The translations under genes and the position numbers were made by a program. DNA of 64,000 bases from Sedimentisphaerales bacterium (GTDB lineage: Bacteria; Planctomycetota; Phycisphaerae; Sedimentisphaerales; Anaerobacaceae). Below the pieces are notes generated by a model that ran no database searches, was not told the DNA's origin, and worked only from the letters and a program-made list of their open reading frames with translations. The stretch is from the NCBI GenBank assembly GCA_963708075.1, contig OY970194.1, positions 960,001-1,024,000 on the forward strand, read 5' to 3'. Each line of letters starts with the position of its first letter. Within the stretch, counting starts at the first letter, position 1. This document shows positions 28,251 to 37,719 of the stretch, piece after piece.

Positions 28251-28972
28251 TCAGCCAGGATGAATCAGGAGCTTGAGGCCGATGATGAAGAGGAAGGCGG
28301 CGATGACTTTGCGGAAGTGCCGCTCGGGAATCCTGTTCACGAGGCTCTTGCCCAGATTGGCCCCGAGGAAGGAGGCGGGGACAAACAGGAGCGTGCCCCA
28401 CAGCAGCAGCGGCTCCAAGCGAGCGCCTTGCCAGACATAGGTCGCCAGGCGCGGCGTATCAATTGCAATGGCGATGGCTCCGGCGGTGGCAAGGTAAACC
28501 GCCTTGGGCAGATCGAATGCCGACAGGAACAGCGCGCGGATCGCGCCGCCCATGCCGAAAATTCCGGCGGAGAATCCTGATAATGCCCCTCCGATGGCGG
28601 CGGTGGCGGGGCTCTGTCTTATCTTGAACGCGCTCTTTGTCAGCAGAAAGACTACATAGACAATGAGAAACACGCCGAGGATGCGCCAAGGACTGTGCCG
28701 GAGATGCTGAAGAGCAGGCGGGCTGCAAGGATCGTAGCCGCCATGCCGGGGATGCCGAAGCTCAGGATCAGCCTCCAGCGGATGCCCTCGCGAAACAGCA
28801 GCAGCTTCCAGAGGTCGCTGAACCAGTGGATGGCGCCGACGAACAGGAGCGTCTCGGGCATCGGGTAGAACAGGACCATCACGGGGATCATGATGGTGGA
28901 AAGGCCGAAGCCCGTCAGCGTGCCGACAGTGCTGGCCACAACGACGATGATCAGAATGAGAACCACTTCCAT
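28251..28972 (-). CDS. TauE/SafE (TSUP) family exporter (frameshift near 28685)
   Basis: GTLTGFG..TIMIP in the first frame, [15 protein letters not shown] in the second; joined by restoring one base in GTVL..RILGVF. Confidence 0.8.
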
Positions 28973-29028
28973 AGCCGTCATCTCCATAGAGTCCTTAGCA
29001 CAATGAAAATGTGGCAAGGCTGCCCACA

Positions 29029-29101
29029 TGTCAGTCCCGCGAAGGCGGGAATCCAGGCACCTGTCGAATGTTCCTGGACCCCCGCATGCGCGGGGGTGAC
29101 A
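29029..29101. repeat. REP-like palindrome of the GTCA..CCCGCGAAGGCGGGAATCCA type
   Basis: TGTCAGTCCCGCGAAGGCGGGAATCCAGG...CCTGGACCCCCGCATGCGCGGGGGTGACA, a double hairpin with complementary ends. Confidence 0.75.
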
Positions 29102-29166
29102 TAATAAGGCTCATTCTGTTGCAGCCTCTAAGGCACCGGCCGTATCCATTCAACGCCCGGGCACGC

Positions 29167-30858
29167 TCAGCTCGTCAGCAGCTCGAACTGCTCCTGGCTC
29201 AGGCACTGCCGCAGCTTCTGCAGCGCGATCAGCTCGATCTGGCGGATACGTTCCTTGGTCAGGCCAAGTTCATCGCCGATCTGCTTAAGCGTTTTCCTGT
29301 TCTTGCGGATAGTGGAGCCGATCAGGCCAAAATGGTTGAGGATGACGTACTGCTCCCGCTCGTCGAGTTCCTCGCGGATCAATTGTGTGAGGCTCTGGCG
29401 GGTCCGCTCGATGGCCAGAACGTCGGCGGTTGTCTCCCGCAGACCTCGCTGGAAACTGGCAACCGAGGCAGCCCGCTTGGCCGTCAGCTCGGTGCTGCGG
29501 CCGGAGACCCTGGCATACTCCTTGGCGATATTCAACGACGCCCACCGGCCGAAGCGAAATCCTTTCCCATAGTCGAATTCTTCCACCGCCTGGATCAGCG
29601 CGAAGTTGCCCTTGCTCACCAGCTCGAGGAAATTCGCCCCATCGCTGGTGTGCTTGCCCGCGATGCTGACCACCAGACGCAGGTTCGCCTCGACGAGGAG
29701 CTTTCGAATCTCCTCGGCTTGTTCCAGGTATTCTTCGAGCTTTGCCAGCAGCGAGGCCGAGACCTTCGAGAGCTTGATCTGATGCCGCTCGGTGGCGGCC
29801 AGGTGCTTGAGGTAGTTGTACCGGCGGAACAGGTCCAGCTCCTGCTCGCGGGTCAGCACGGGCGTGGTCTTGAGCACCTGCATGTACTCCGGCAGAAGGC
29901 TCTCGCCGACGAGCTCGAACGGCTCGATCTTCTTCTCGAGCTCCGACTTCTCCATGGCGAGCGGCTGGCCGAGGATTCGTTCCATCGCCCCTTCCTGAAG
30001 GAACTCGTCGCTGAGGACGCACTCAATTTTGCGGGCCAGGATGGCGGCCGCCCTTCGCTGGTTGACGATCCGGTAGACCGTGGCCCGGCTGCGGTCGAAT
30101 CGCTCCATCAGTTCCCGCATGCTCAGTCCCTGCCCGTGCAAGCGGTACAATTCCGTCGCCTCCGTCGGGCTGATCCGGCCGAGCGGCCGGCGAAAGACCG
30201 GCTTGTCCGGGTGCTTCTGCTCGTACTGCTGCAGCGTGTACCGAACCGTCTCCTGCGCGATGCCGAGCCTCTCGGCGACCTGCTTCGTGATCTGATATCG
30301 CGACAAGGACATCCTCGACGCCAGGCTGCGGGCCTGCCTCACGGCCTGTTGTCGCTGGGCATCCGTCAACCTGCGAAACTTCGTGGCGTTGGCCACGAGG
30401 GCGGGGTTGTCCTGGATGAACTTTTCGACAGCGGACTCCAGGACGCCGAAACGGTGAGTATCGTCGGCGAAGATGAATTTCCTCGCGAGCAGGCCCCGCT
30501 TTCGCCAGCGATCGATGGTCTTGGTGGACACGCTGAACCGCTTGGCCAGTTCCTCGATGGTGTGTACGGGCTCGCTCTCCTGGGCGACCGGCGTTGCGAG
30601 CCTGCCGCTGAGCTTGGCGATGAAGAGCTGCAGATCATCCAGCAGGTCGCGACCGGTCAACAGCTCCTGTTCGAGACCGCCTTTGGAATGAAAGCCTGTG
30701 ATGTGAAAGTACACGAACTCCCAGGGGTACTGCCTGTCGTCCTGGACGAGCGCATAGAGCCTCTCGGCCGCTTCGAGCTGCGCACGGCGTTTCGACTCCG
30801 GCGTGAACCGAAGCTGCATCAGCAACTGCGCCAGCTTGTCGCTCTTGATCTTTCTCAT
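29167..30858 (-). CDS. Sigma-70 family RNA polymerase sigma factor with extra N-terminal HTH domains
   Basis: LVEANLRLVVSIA, AVEEFDYGKGFRF, TLKQIGDELGLTKERIRQIE; N-terminal TIEELAKRFSVSTKTIDRWRKRG HTH. Confidence 0.88.
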   Translation of the reverse strand: MRKIKSDKLAQLLMQLRFTPESKRRAQLEAAERLYALVQDDRQYPWEFVYFHITGFHSKGGLEQELLTGRDLLDDLQLFIAKLSGRLATPVAQESEPVHTIEELAKRFSVSTKTIDRWRKRGLLARKFIFADDTHRFGVLESAVEKFIQDNPALVANATKFRRLTDAQRQQAVRQARSLASRMSLSRYQITKQVAERLGIAQETVRYTLQQYEQKHPDKPVFRRPLGRISPTEATELYRLHGQGLSMRELMERFDRSRATVYRIVNQRRAAAILARKIECVLSDEFLQEGAMERILGQPLAMEKSELEKKIEPFELVGESLLPEYMQVLKTTPVLTREQELDLFRRYNYLKHLAATERHQIKLSKVSASLLAKLEEYLEQAEEIRKLLVEANLRLVVSIAGKHTSDGANFLELVSKGNFALIQAVEEFDYGKGFRFGRWASLNIAKEYARVSGRSTELTAKRAASVASFQRGLRETTADVLAIERTRQSLTQLIREELDEREQYVILNHFGLIGSTIRKNRKTLKQIGDELGLTKERIRQIELIALQKLRQCLSQEQFELLTS

Positions 30859-30891
30859 TTCACCAGGTGTCTATTCTACCACCTCCCGGAC

Positions 30892-30926
30892 AAAAAGAAA
30901 AGGACAGCGCGGAATGCACTGTCCTT
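30892..30926 (-). terminator. Rho-independent terminator after the corrinoid protein gene
   Basis: Minus strand AAGGACAGTGC..GCGCTGTCCTT followed by a T-rich tail. Confidence 0.65.
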
Positions 30927-30950
30927 GGAATGTCGGAGCTGGCAAGAGCG

Positions 30951-31010
30951 AGTCTCAAGTCTGAAGTGTCATGTTCTTGAGCTTCACACTTCAAACTTCA
31001 CACTTCAAAC
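30951..31010. repeat. Heptamer tandem repeats in inverted arrangement
   Basis: AGTCTCA-AGTCTGA-AGTGTCA then CTTCACA-CTTCAAA-CTTCACA-CTTCAAA. Confidence 0.7.
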
Positions 31011-31019
31011 CCTCTCTGC

Positions 31020-31646
31020 TTACGCCACGAGCTTCTTGGCGGTGTCGACGGCCGATGCGGCGTCGGGGGCGTAGCCCTGGGCGCCGATCTTGTCGGCGAA
31101 GCTCTGCGTCACGGGGGCGCCGCCCACCATGACCTTGGCCTTGACACCCGCCTGCTGCAGGGCCTTGATCGTCTTTTCCATGCCCGGCATCGTCGTCGTC
31201 AGCAGGGCGCTCATGCCGATGAGGTTGACGCCGCGAGCCTTGGCCTCGGCCGCGAATTTCTCCGGGGCGACATCGACGCCCAGATCGATCACTTCAAACC
31301 CGGCGCCCTTGAGCATCATGGCGACGAGATTCTTGCCGATGTCGTGCAGGTCGCCCTGGACGGTGCCGATCAGCAGTCTGCCGATGGGTTTGACGCCGGC
31401 CTTGACCAGTTCCGGCTCGAGCACCTCCATCGCCATCTTCATGGCCCGGGCCGCGATCAGGACCTCGGGAATGTAGATCTCGTTGTTCTTGAAGCGGCTG
31501 CCCACCACGTCCATCCCGGCGATCAGGCCCTCGTCGAGAATCTTCTTCGGGGCCACCTTCTCCTTTAACGCCGCCTTCGTGACGTTCACCGCCGTCGCCT
31601 GATCCCCGCGAATTACCGCCTCAGCCAATGCTTTCAGATCTGCCAT
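31020..31646 (-). CDS. Cobalamin-binding corrinoid protein (methyltransferase cognate, MtbC/MttC-like)
   Basis: B12-binding cap domain, GTVQGDLHDIGKNLV, MSALLTTTM, VMVGGAPV. Confidence 0.93.
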   Translation of the reverse strand: MADLKALAEAVIRGDQATAVNVTKAALKEKVAPKKILDEGLIAGMDVVGSRFKNNEIYIPEVLIAARAMKMAMEVLEPELVKAGVKPIGRLLIGTVQGDLHDIGKNLVAMMLKGAGFEVIDLGVDVAPEKFAAEAKARGVNLIGMSALLTTTMPGMEKTIKALQQAGVKAKVMVGGAPVTQSFADKIGAQGYAPDAASAVDTAKKLVA

Positions 31647-31774
31647 GTCAACTCACCTCAAATCCATACCCAAATTATGTGTCTCCATGTATCTCCAAGG
31701 CCCCAATTAGACCGCACTCAATCCCGCCCGACAAGCAAAAAAACCGTCGAATTCACATGGGGTGAGACTACTGT

Positions 31775-32713
31775 CTATCGGGAGGGCCTTGGCGTGACCG
31801 GTAGAAAGGCGTCCGGATCGTGGACAAGGACAGAATCGGCTTTATTCGCCGGAATGCAGTAATGGCTGAGCGTGGGCGGGACGCCGAACACATGGCCGCG
31901 CCCAGTTACATCCGTTGAGATCGTGTAGATGTTGTCGCTATCGACTCCGCAATAGGCTCGCCTCTCAAACTCCACGCGGCCGTCCAGGAACAGCACATTC
32001 TGGCCGTCTCGCTGGTGTGTGATCGAGTTGCCCACGCGAGCCTGATCGCTGGTTCCAAAACGGACGCCGCTGCTGCCCACGATGTCCGGCCGAAAGGTGG
32101 CCCAGACGCTCGGGTTCGCTGCCGGGCTTATGATCCACGGACTTCGATCGGCCGCAACGGCAAGGTTCGGGTCGCGGGAAGTGGTTAGGACATACCCCCC
32201 GTAGGGAATGTGGTACGTGTAGCTGCAATGCTTCATAGCCTCGGCAGGCGGACCGAAATCCCAGAGATCGGCCAGGTCAAAATGCCGGGACATGTCCACA
32301 TCGGACAGCACGAACTCCCTGGTCCTGCGATCTGCTTTGCAGACAAAGAGCCTGGGGGGGGCTCCGAGGTACTTGACGAGCAGGTAGAAGCTCGCGCTGA
32401 TACTCGCCGTGCCGCCCCTGTCGTCCATTGACACGTTGAAAGCCATCCGGCGGTCTGTTGCTATCCAGTATGGGGTCGCCCCCCAGACTGTGCTCGGCCC
32501 GCCGGCGCGGGGCAGCGCGCCTTCGTTGTCATCCGCATAAATGAACATGGCTTTGCCGATCTGGGCGAGGTTGGCTGCACAGAGGGTGCGAATGGCCTGC
32601 TCCCGGGGCTTGGCGAACAGCACCGGCACAAGAAGGATCAATAGCAGACCCGTGGCGACGATAACTATAGCATCTGCGTGACTCCGTCGACTCGAATTGT
32701 GTTGCTCCGCCAT
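31775..32713 (-). CDS. Pilin-like H-X9-DG/DUF1559-like protein (paralog 5)
   Basis: Start MAEQHNS at 32713 with GGAGG RBS; CAANLAQIGKAM, HQRDGQNVLFLDGRV. Confidence 0.8.
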   Translation of the reverse strand: MAEQHNSSRRSHADAIVIVATGLLLILLVPVLFAKPREQAIRTLCAANLAQIGKAMFIYADDNEGALPRAGGPSTVWGATPYWIATDRRMAFNVSMDDRGGTASISASFYLLVKYLGAPPRLFVCKADRRTREFVLSDVDMSRHFDLADLWDFGPPAEAMKHCSYTYHIPYGGYVLTTSRDPNLAVAADRSPWIISPAANPSVWATFRPDIVGSSGVRFGTSDQARVGNSITHQRDGQNVLFLDGRVEFERRAYCGVDSDNIYTISTDVTGRGHVFGVPPTLSHYCIPANKADSVLVHDPDAFLPVTPRPSR

Positions 32714-32855
32714 TTTCTTCCTCCCTCGCAAAGGGCCTTGACCAAAAATGTCCGGCGCTCGGTTCCACCTCCCGCAGGACACATTCCGCATGCATGACAA
32801 TTATACCTGATCTCGGCGGCAATGACAAGAAATCCTCATGGCCCAAGGGTCGGCG

Positions 32856-32884
32856 TTGACGCGATGGCAGGGGCCGTGTATAGT
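32856..32884 (+). promoter_or_regulatory. Sigma70-type promoter for the CDF transporter
   Basis: TTGACG-N17-TATAGT with TG before the -10. Confidence 0.65.
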
Positions 32885-32913
32885 GGGTCGTGTACAGGTC
32901 GGGGATATGGTAG

Positions 32914-33858
32914 ATGCATGATCACGATAAAGGGCACGGGCAGGGGGGGACACACGGGCGTCACGACCACAGCTCGGACCTGCGCGCTGCCTCGCGCAGG
33001 AGGCTCTGGTGGACGCTGGCCATCAATCTGGCCTTTCTCTTCATTGAATTCATCGGCGGCCTCGTCACCGGCAGCCTGGCCCTTCTGGCCGACGCGGGCC
33101 ACATGCTGACGGACGTGCTGGCGCTGGCCCTGGCGATTTTTGTGGCGCACCTGGCGACCCTCCCGGCGACACCGGAACGAACCTTCGGATTCCTCCGCGC
33201 GGAGGTCGTCGGCGCCTTCGTCAACGGCGGTACGTTGATCCTGATTGTCGGCATGGTCTTTTTCGAAGCGATTCGGCGATTCATCCACCCGCCGCAGGTC
33301 CAGGGCGCCGGCATGCTGCTCATCGCCTTTGCCGGCCTGCTGGCGAATCTGGGCAGTGCCCGGATCCTGTCCCGCAGCCGGGCGGAGAATGTGAACATCG
33401 AAGGGGCGTTCATCCATATGATGGCCGACGCCCTCGGCTCCGTCGGCGCGATCATCGCGGGCGCGGTGATTCTGCTGACCGGCTGGATGCCCGCCGACCC
33501 GCTGGTGAGCATTGTGATCGGCCTGCTGATCCTGTGGAGCAGTGTAGGCTTGCTCCGCCGGACACTCGCCATCCTGATCCACGCGACGCCCAGCCACCTG
33601 AACTTCCACGAGGTCCTGGCCGCCCTCGAAGCCAACGAGCACGTTGCCGCGGTACACGACCTGCACATCTGGCTGGTGACCACCGGCTTTCCCGTGCTGA
33701 CCGCCCACATCTGGCTCAAGCCGGAGTGCTCCGAGCCCGTTCACTGGCAGCGCGCCCTCCACGAGATGCAGCAGGTGCTTCGCGAGCGATTCGACATCGA
33801 CCACGCCACCCTGCAGCTCGAGCCCGCCGGCTACGTGGAACGGTCCGCTCCGAAGTAG
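32914..33858 (+). CDS. czcD: Cation diffusion facilitator (CzcD/ZitB-like Zn/Co/Cd efflux)
   Basis: His-rich N-terminus, SLALLADAGHMLTD, HMMADALGS, HDLHIW, HATLQLE. Confidence 0.92.
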   Translation: MHDHDKGHGQGGTHGRHDHSSDLRAASRRRLWWTLAINLAFLFIEFIGGLVTGSLALLADAGHMLTDVLALALAIFVAHLATLPATPERTFGFLRAEVVGAFVNGGTLILIVGMVFFEAIRRFIHPPQVQGAGMLLIAFAGLLANLGSARILSRSRAENVNIEGAFIHMMADALGSVGAIIAGAVILLTGWMPADPLVSIVIGLLILWSSVGLLRRTLAILIHATPSHLNFHEVLAALEANEHVAAVHDLHIWLVTTGFPVLTAHIWLKPECSEPVHWQRALHEMQQVLRERFDIDHATLQLEPAGYVERSAPK

Positions 33859-33903
33859 TGGCTCATCCGGCTATTGCATGCTTCCTTGCCTCTTGGGGAC
33901 TCC

Positions 33904-35491
33904 GAGGCTGTGAGAGAATTCGAATTACTGTGATGGTTCGACTGCATCTCTGCGACCTGATCGGTCCTTGTTCATTCTGTAGATCTCAGTCTATTCAGGT
34001 TCGTTCAGGGGTCGATCTGTCTTGTCCAAACCTCCATCAGTTCAGCAGCCGGCCCGATCGGGCCCTGGGGCGGTACTCTATGCCCCTTTTGGACTCTCAG
34101 CCCACCAATAATGCCTCACCAAAATGTATCATGTTGTACGCCAGCGCAGACCACAGCGCAACACAACGCACCTTGTGCAGCCCACGGACCAGCAATCGAG
34201 CCAACCCGCGATAGGTCCGCAGATCGGCGTTGACCGTCTCACTGGTCGCCGCCCGTTCCTTATAGATGCTCTTGCCTTCTTCACTGGCCATGCGCGTCCG
34301 CCAGGCGGCGATCTCAGGGCTGTCCGTCTTACGCACCTGACAGGGGTCCACACACCCTCGACCGCCCTGCGGCGGAGCGTAGATGCGTACACCCGCCTGC
34401 TCGGCCGCCTGGATCTGCTCCAACTTGACAAAGCCTCCATCCATCAAGTGCTCCTTCACCTGGCCGTCCGTACGCTCCTCGACGTGCTCACGCATCGGCG
34501 CACTCTCGGCCTTGTCCGTGCCCGCGTTGGTCACGTCCACGTCCAGGATCGCTCGCGATTGCGTGTCGCTGGCAAACTGCAGGTTATAGGCTGGACGAAA
34601 GCCGCCATCAGGCATTTTCATCACACGGGCTTCACTGTCGGTCGTCGAGGCACGCGGCGGGCTGGGTTTGTCCCGCTGATTGTTCCGCGCCTTGGGCTTT
34701 GACCTTCTTGATCTCCTCCAAGGCCCCCAGCGCCTTTTCCACTCGCTCCAGCCGCTCTCGAGCCGCTCGTTCTTTCGCCGCCACCTGCCGCGCATGGCGA
34801 TCCGTAAGGGCGGGCGACTCCCGCTGGGCCTTCAGAGCTTCCACCTGGCCCTTGGCCTGGTCGAGCAACTCGTTCAATCGCCGCTCCCGTCGAAAACTGC
34901 CTTTGCCGGCGCTGGCCCGCACACGCATCCCATCCTGGCTGATCCGATGCACGCTGACCAGCTTACGCTCCATCAGCATCGCCAGCACCTCGGTCATCAG
35001 ACCGTCCAACGCCTCTTCATGACTGACGCGAAAATCACTCAACGTGTGATAGTTCACGCCAACCCCGCCGCACAGCCAGCGATACGCCGCATGATGCTCG
35101 CACAGCCGCTCCAACTCCCGCGCACTGCCCACCCCCTGGGTCGCCGCATACAACCACAATGCCACCAGCAAGCGAACGTCCGTCGCCGACCGCCCGGCCT
35201 GTCCCTCACTGACCTTCAGTCCCTCGGTAAACTTCGACAGGTCCAGCCGCTCCACCACGGCCCAAAGCACCCGCACGTGATGGCCCGGCGGGATCGTCTC
35301 TTCCAGGGACAACGGAACCATCCGCGTTTGTGACCGGTCCGGCCGACGAAACCGCAACGGACCCGCAGGCACACAGTCTCTCGAATCTTGTTCCATCTCA
35401 CTAACCTGAGATTCCATTCCCGGCAGAGTTCCTTGCTCTTTCATGCCCGTTATTCTACCATCCCCGTCAAGACCGATTTCTTCACAGCCTC
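33904..35491 (-). mobile_element. IS1182-like insertion sequence
   Basis: Terminal IRs GAGGCTGTGA../..TCACAGCCTC; flanks give a 3-bp (TCC) or 5-bp (CTCCG) duplication depending on where the ends are placed. Confidence 0.85.
34097..35444 (-). CDS. IS1182-family transposase (frameshift near 34695)
   Basis: LWLYA..GVGSARELERLC..AYRWL, YHTLSDFR, QDGMRVRASA, STTDSEARVMK..GGFRPAYNLQ, YKERAATSE; the two frames join by removing one C from AAAGCCCAAG. Confidence 0.85.
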
Positions 35492-35564
35492 TCCGTCCCC
35501 GGTTGCGGATCGCCCCTTCGCCACGGAGTACACGGAAGATGGACGAGCCAGTCTTCTCGCGTTC

Positions 35565-36194
35565 TCAGTGGAATGGGAACAGGATGAAGACGGCGATGTC
35601 CCAGATCGTATGGCTGACGGCGTTCAGGACCATGGAGCGGTACCTGCTGTAGAGCCAGCCCCAGAAGAGCCCGCACACCCCGGCCGCCAGAACCAGCATC
35701 GGGTTGCCGCCGGCGATGTGGATAGCCGTATAAACGGCTGCTGCAAGCAGCCAGCCTGACCGCTTGCCCAGAAGATTCTCAAAGCGACTCTGCAGGAAGC
35801 CTCGCCAGAACAACTCCTCGCCCGGGCCGATCACGCAGATCATCAGCAGGACGATCCGTATGGCAGACGCCTGTCCTTTGAAATCATAGACCCCGGAGAT
35901 GTCACTGGCCGCGCCGGCCAGCAGATAGCGACTGATCTTGTCCCCAAACCAGAAGACCATGTAGAGCATACCCGCCGACAGAATGCCCAACGCTGCTTTG
36001 CGAGCGGGGTGGTCCTTGAGATCGGCGACGAGCAGATGTCGCCATTCGCGGTCCAGGCGCGCCACGACCGCCAGGAGGATGAGCAGATTGGCAGTCATCC
36101 ACCACCAGAAATCGACCGCACCGACCCCTGCCGTGATGAACAGCGGAACGAACAGTGCGAGTGCCAGCAGTAGTATGCCGATTGTCAATTTCAC
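35565..36194 (-). CDS. CPBP (Abi/type II CAAX) intramembrane glutamic endopeptidase
   Basis: GEELFWRG, Y..IH, SHTIWD motifs; multiple TM helices. Confidence 0.88.
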   Translation of the reverse strand: MKLTIGILLLALALFVPLFITAGVGAVDFWWWMTANLLILLAVVARLDREWRHLLVADLKDHPARKAALGILSAGMLYMVFWFGDKISRYLLAGAASDISGVYDFKGQASAIRIVLLMICVIGPGEELFWRGFLQSRFENLLGKRSGWLLAAAVYTAIHIAGGNPMLVLAAGVCGLFWGWLYSRYRSMVLNAVSHTIWDIAVFILFPFH

Positions 36195-36212
36195 GGCGGA
36201 CGATTCCCGCGA

Positions 36213-37175
36213 CTATCCCAGCAATGCGTGCAGGCCCAACGCTGCCACACACAGCAGTCCGAAGAGGAGATTTAGTTGGGCCGTAGCTCCGTCCATGGCG
36301 GCGAATGCCTCGCTGTCCCGCGGGTCGTGTCGCCCGGCGCCCGTTTTCGCCAGCCGGACGGCCAAAGGCATGGCCAACAGAGTGATGAGAAATGTCGCGG
36401 GCATCCTCGGTGAAAGGGTGGTCACGTGTGTCAGGAGCACGAGAAGAACAATGATGGTGAACGGGGCGAACAGAAGCACTCTCTGGTAGGTCTGCGATCC
36501 TGGGTCTCCGAGGCAACTGGCGACGGTGCGGATCTTCCCGTCCGTGTCACTGCCGATGTCGCGCCAGTTGTTCGAGTGGAGAATGGCGATGACCAGGAGC
36601 GACATGGGAATGGCCCAGACCGCCGGCACCCAGGACAGATGACCCGTCTGAACCGTCCACGCGCCCAAGGCGCCCAGGACGCCAAAATTCAGAAATACGG
36701 CGAGGTCGCCCAACGCATGATACTTCAGGGGCCACGGCCCCCACGTGTAGAGAATCCCGCCAAGGACCCCCACGGCGCCAAGGCAGAGAATGGGAATGCC
36801 CACCCGGCTGACAATGTAAAAGCCGATCATCGAGCCGATGGCAATGCACGCCGCGCTGCCGACCAGCGCCTGGCGTGGGGTGATCCATCCACGGACCACC
36901 GCACCGCTCGCGGGATTGACCTGCCTGTCGATGCCGTTGCGATAATCGTATACGTCGTTGAGCATGTTGGCCCCGACCTGAAGCAGGGCCATGCCCAGGA
37001 ACGAAAGCAGGAACAGGGGCAGGTCGAAGGCGGCCTCCCCGATGACGACGGCCAGAACGGTTCCAAAAGCCACGGACATGGTCGAGGCTGGAAGGGACCA
37101 TGCCCGGCCCGCCACCAGGCAAAGCCTGGCCCACGACGTGGGGGCAATCTGTTGTACGTTCATGTCTGATGTCAT
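36213..37175 (-). CDS. menA: UbiA-family prenyltransferase, MenA-like
   Basis: RAWSLPAS, NMLNDVYDYRNGID, LKYHALGD, NNWRDIGSD..GKIRTVA; start reassigned to MTSDMN. Confidence 0.8.
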   Translation of the reverse strand: MTSDMNVQQIAPTSWARLCLVAGRAWSLPASTMSVAFGTVLAVVIGEAAFDLPLFLLSFLGMALLQVGANMLNDVYDYRNGIDRQVNPASGAVVRGWITPRQALVGSAACIAIGSMIGFYIVSRVGIPILCLGAVGVLGGILYTWGPWPLKYHALGDLAVFLNFGVLGALGAWTVQTGHLSWVPAVWAIPMSLLVIAILHSNNWRDIGSDTDGKIRTVASCLGDPGSQTYQRVLLFAPFTIIVLLVLLTHVTTLSPRMPATFLITLLAMPLAVRLAKTGAGRHDPRDSEAFAAMDGATAQLNLLFGLLCVAALGLHALLG

Positions 37176-37302
37176 TTCTGACTCCTGTACACATAACACG
37201 CACGAGTTATGGTTGGCGGACCCGAGCCGATGAATTGCCGGCTTCGCCTGCAACTCTCGGCAGGGCCAGATTTTGCTTGCACCGCGTGGATAAGTCAATA
37301 GG

Positions 37303-37323
37303 ATATGTGATGAATTCACATAT
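37303..37323. promoter_or_regulatory. Palindromic operator candidate between divergent menA-like and padR genes
   Basis: ATATGTGA-N5-TCACATAT overlapping the -10/+1 region of a TTGCAC-N16-TAGGAT promoter. Confidence 0.55.
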
Positions 37324-37336
37324 GGGAGATAATCTC

Positions 37337-37687
37337 ATGCAGGAGTTGACAAGCTGTGCTTGTACGGGCAAGTCCTTGCCGAAGCTCGTGAGGCCGGCGG
37401 TATTGTCCGTGCTGGCAAAGGGGGCCTCGCATGGGTACGCGATCCTCGATGAACTGAAGCGGCTGACCTTCTGCGGCGATTGCCCGCCGGACCACACCGC
37501 CATCTATCGGTCGCTTCAGGCCATGGAGACAGAAGGTCTGATCGCGTCGGACTGGGAGCATCCGCAGAGCGGCCCGGCGAAACGCAACTACAAGCTTACG
37601 CCCAGGGGCAGGGCTTGTCTCAGGAAATGGAAGAGCACGCTGCAGGACTATAAGCAGACGATTGACATGCTCCTGCGGCTGCTATAG
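37337..37687 (+). CDS. PadR-family transcriptional regulator
   Basis: HGYAILDEL, IYRSLQAMETEGLIAS.W, GPAKRNYKLTPRG; GGAGA RBS before 37337. Confidence 0.9.
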   Translation: MQELTSCACTGKSLPKLVRPAVLSVLAKGASHGYAILDELKRLTFCGDCPPDHTAIYRSLQAMETEGLIASDWEHPQSGPAKRNYKLTPRGRACLRKWKSTLQDYKQTIDMLLRLL

Positions 37688-37719
37688 CAGGGGAGGAATG
37701 TGACGAGAGAGCCACAGTT

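Noticed and set aside
19963..32713. Diversity-generating retroelement acting on the paralog array
   Set aside because: No reverse transcriptase in the window and no template/variable repeat pair differing only at adenines was seen.
34680..34710. Programmed frameshift in the IS1182-like transposase
   Set aside because: No A-rich slippery heptamer; the break resembles the other five single-base G/C-run indels.
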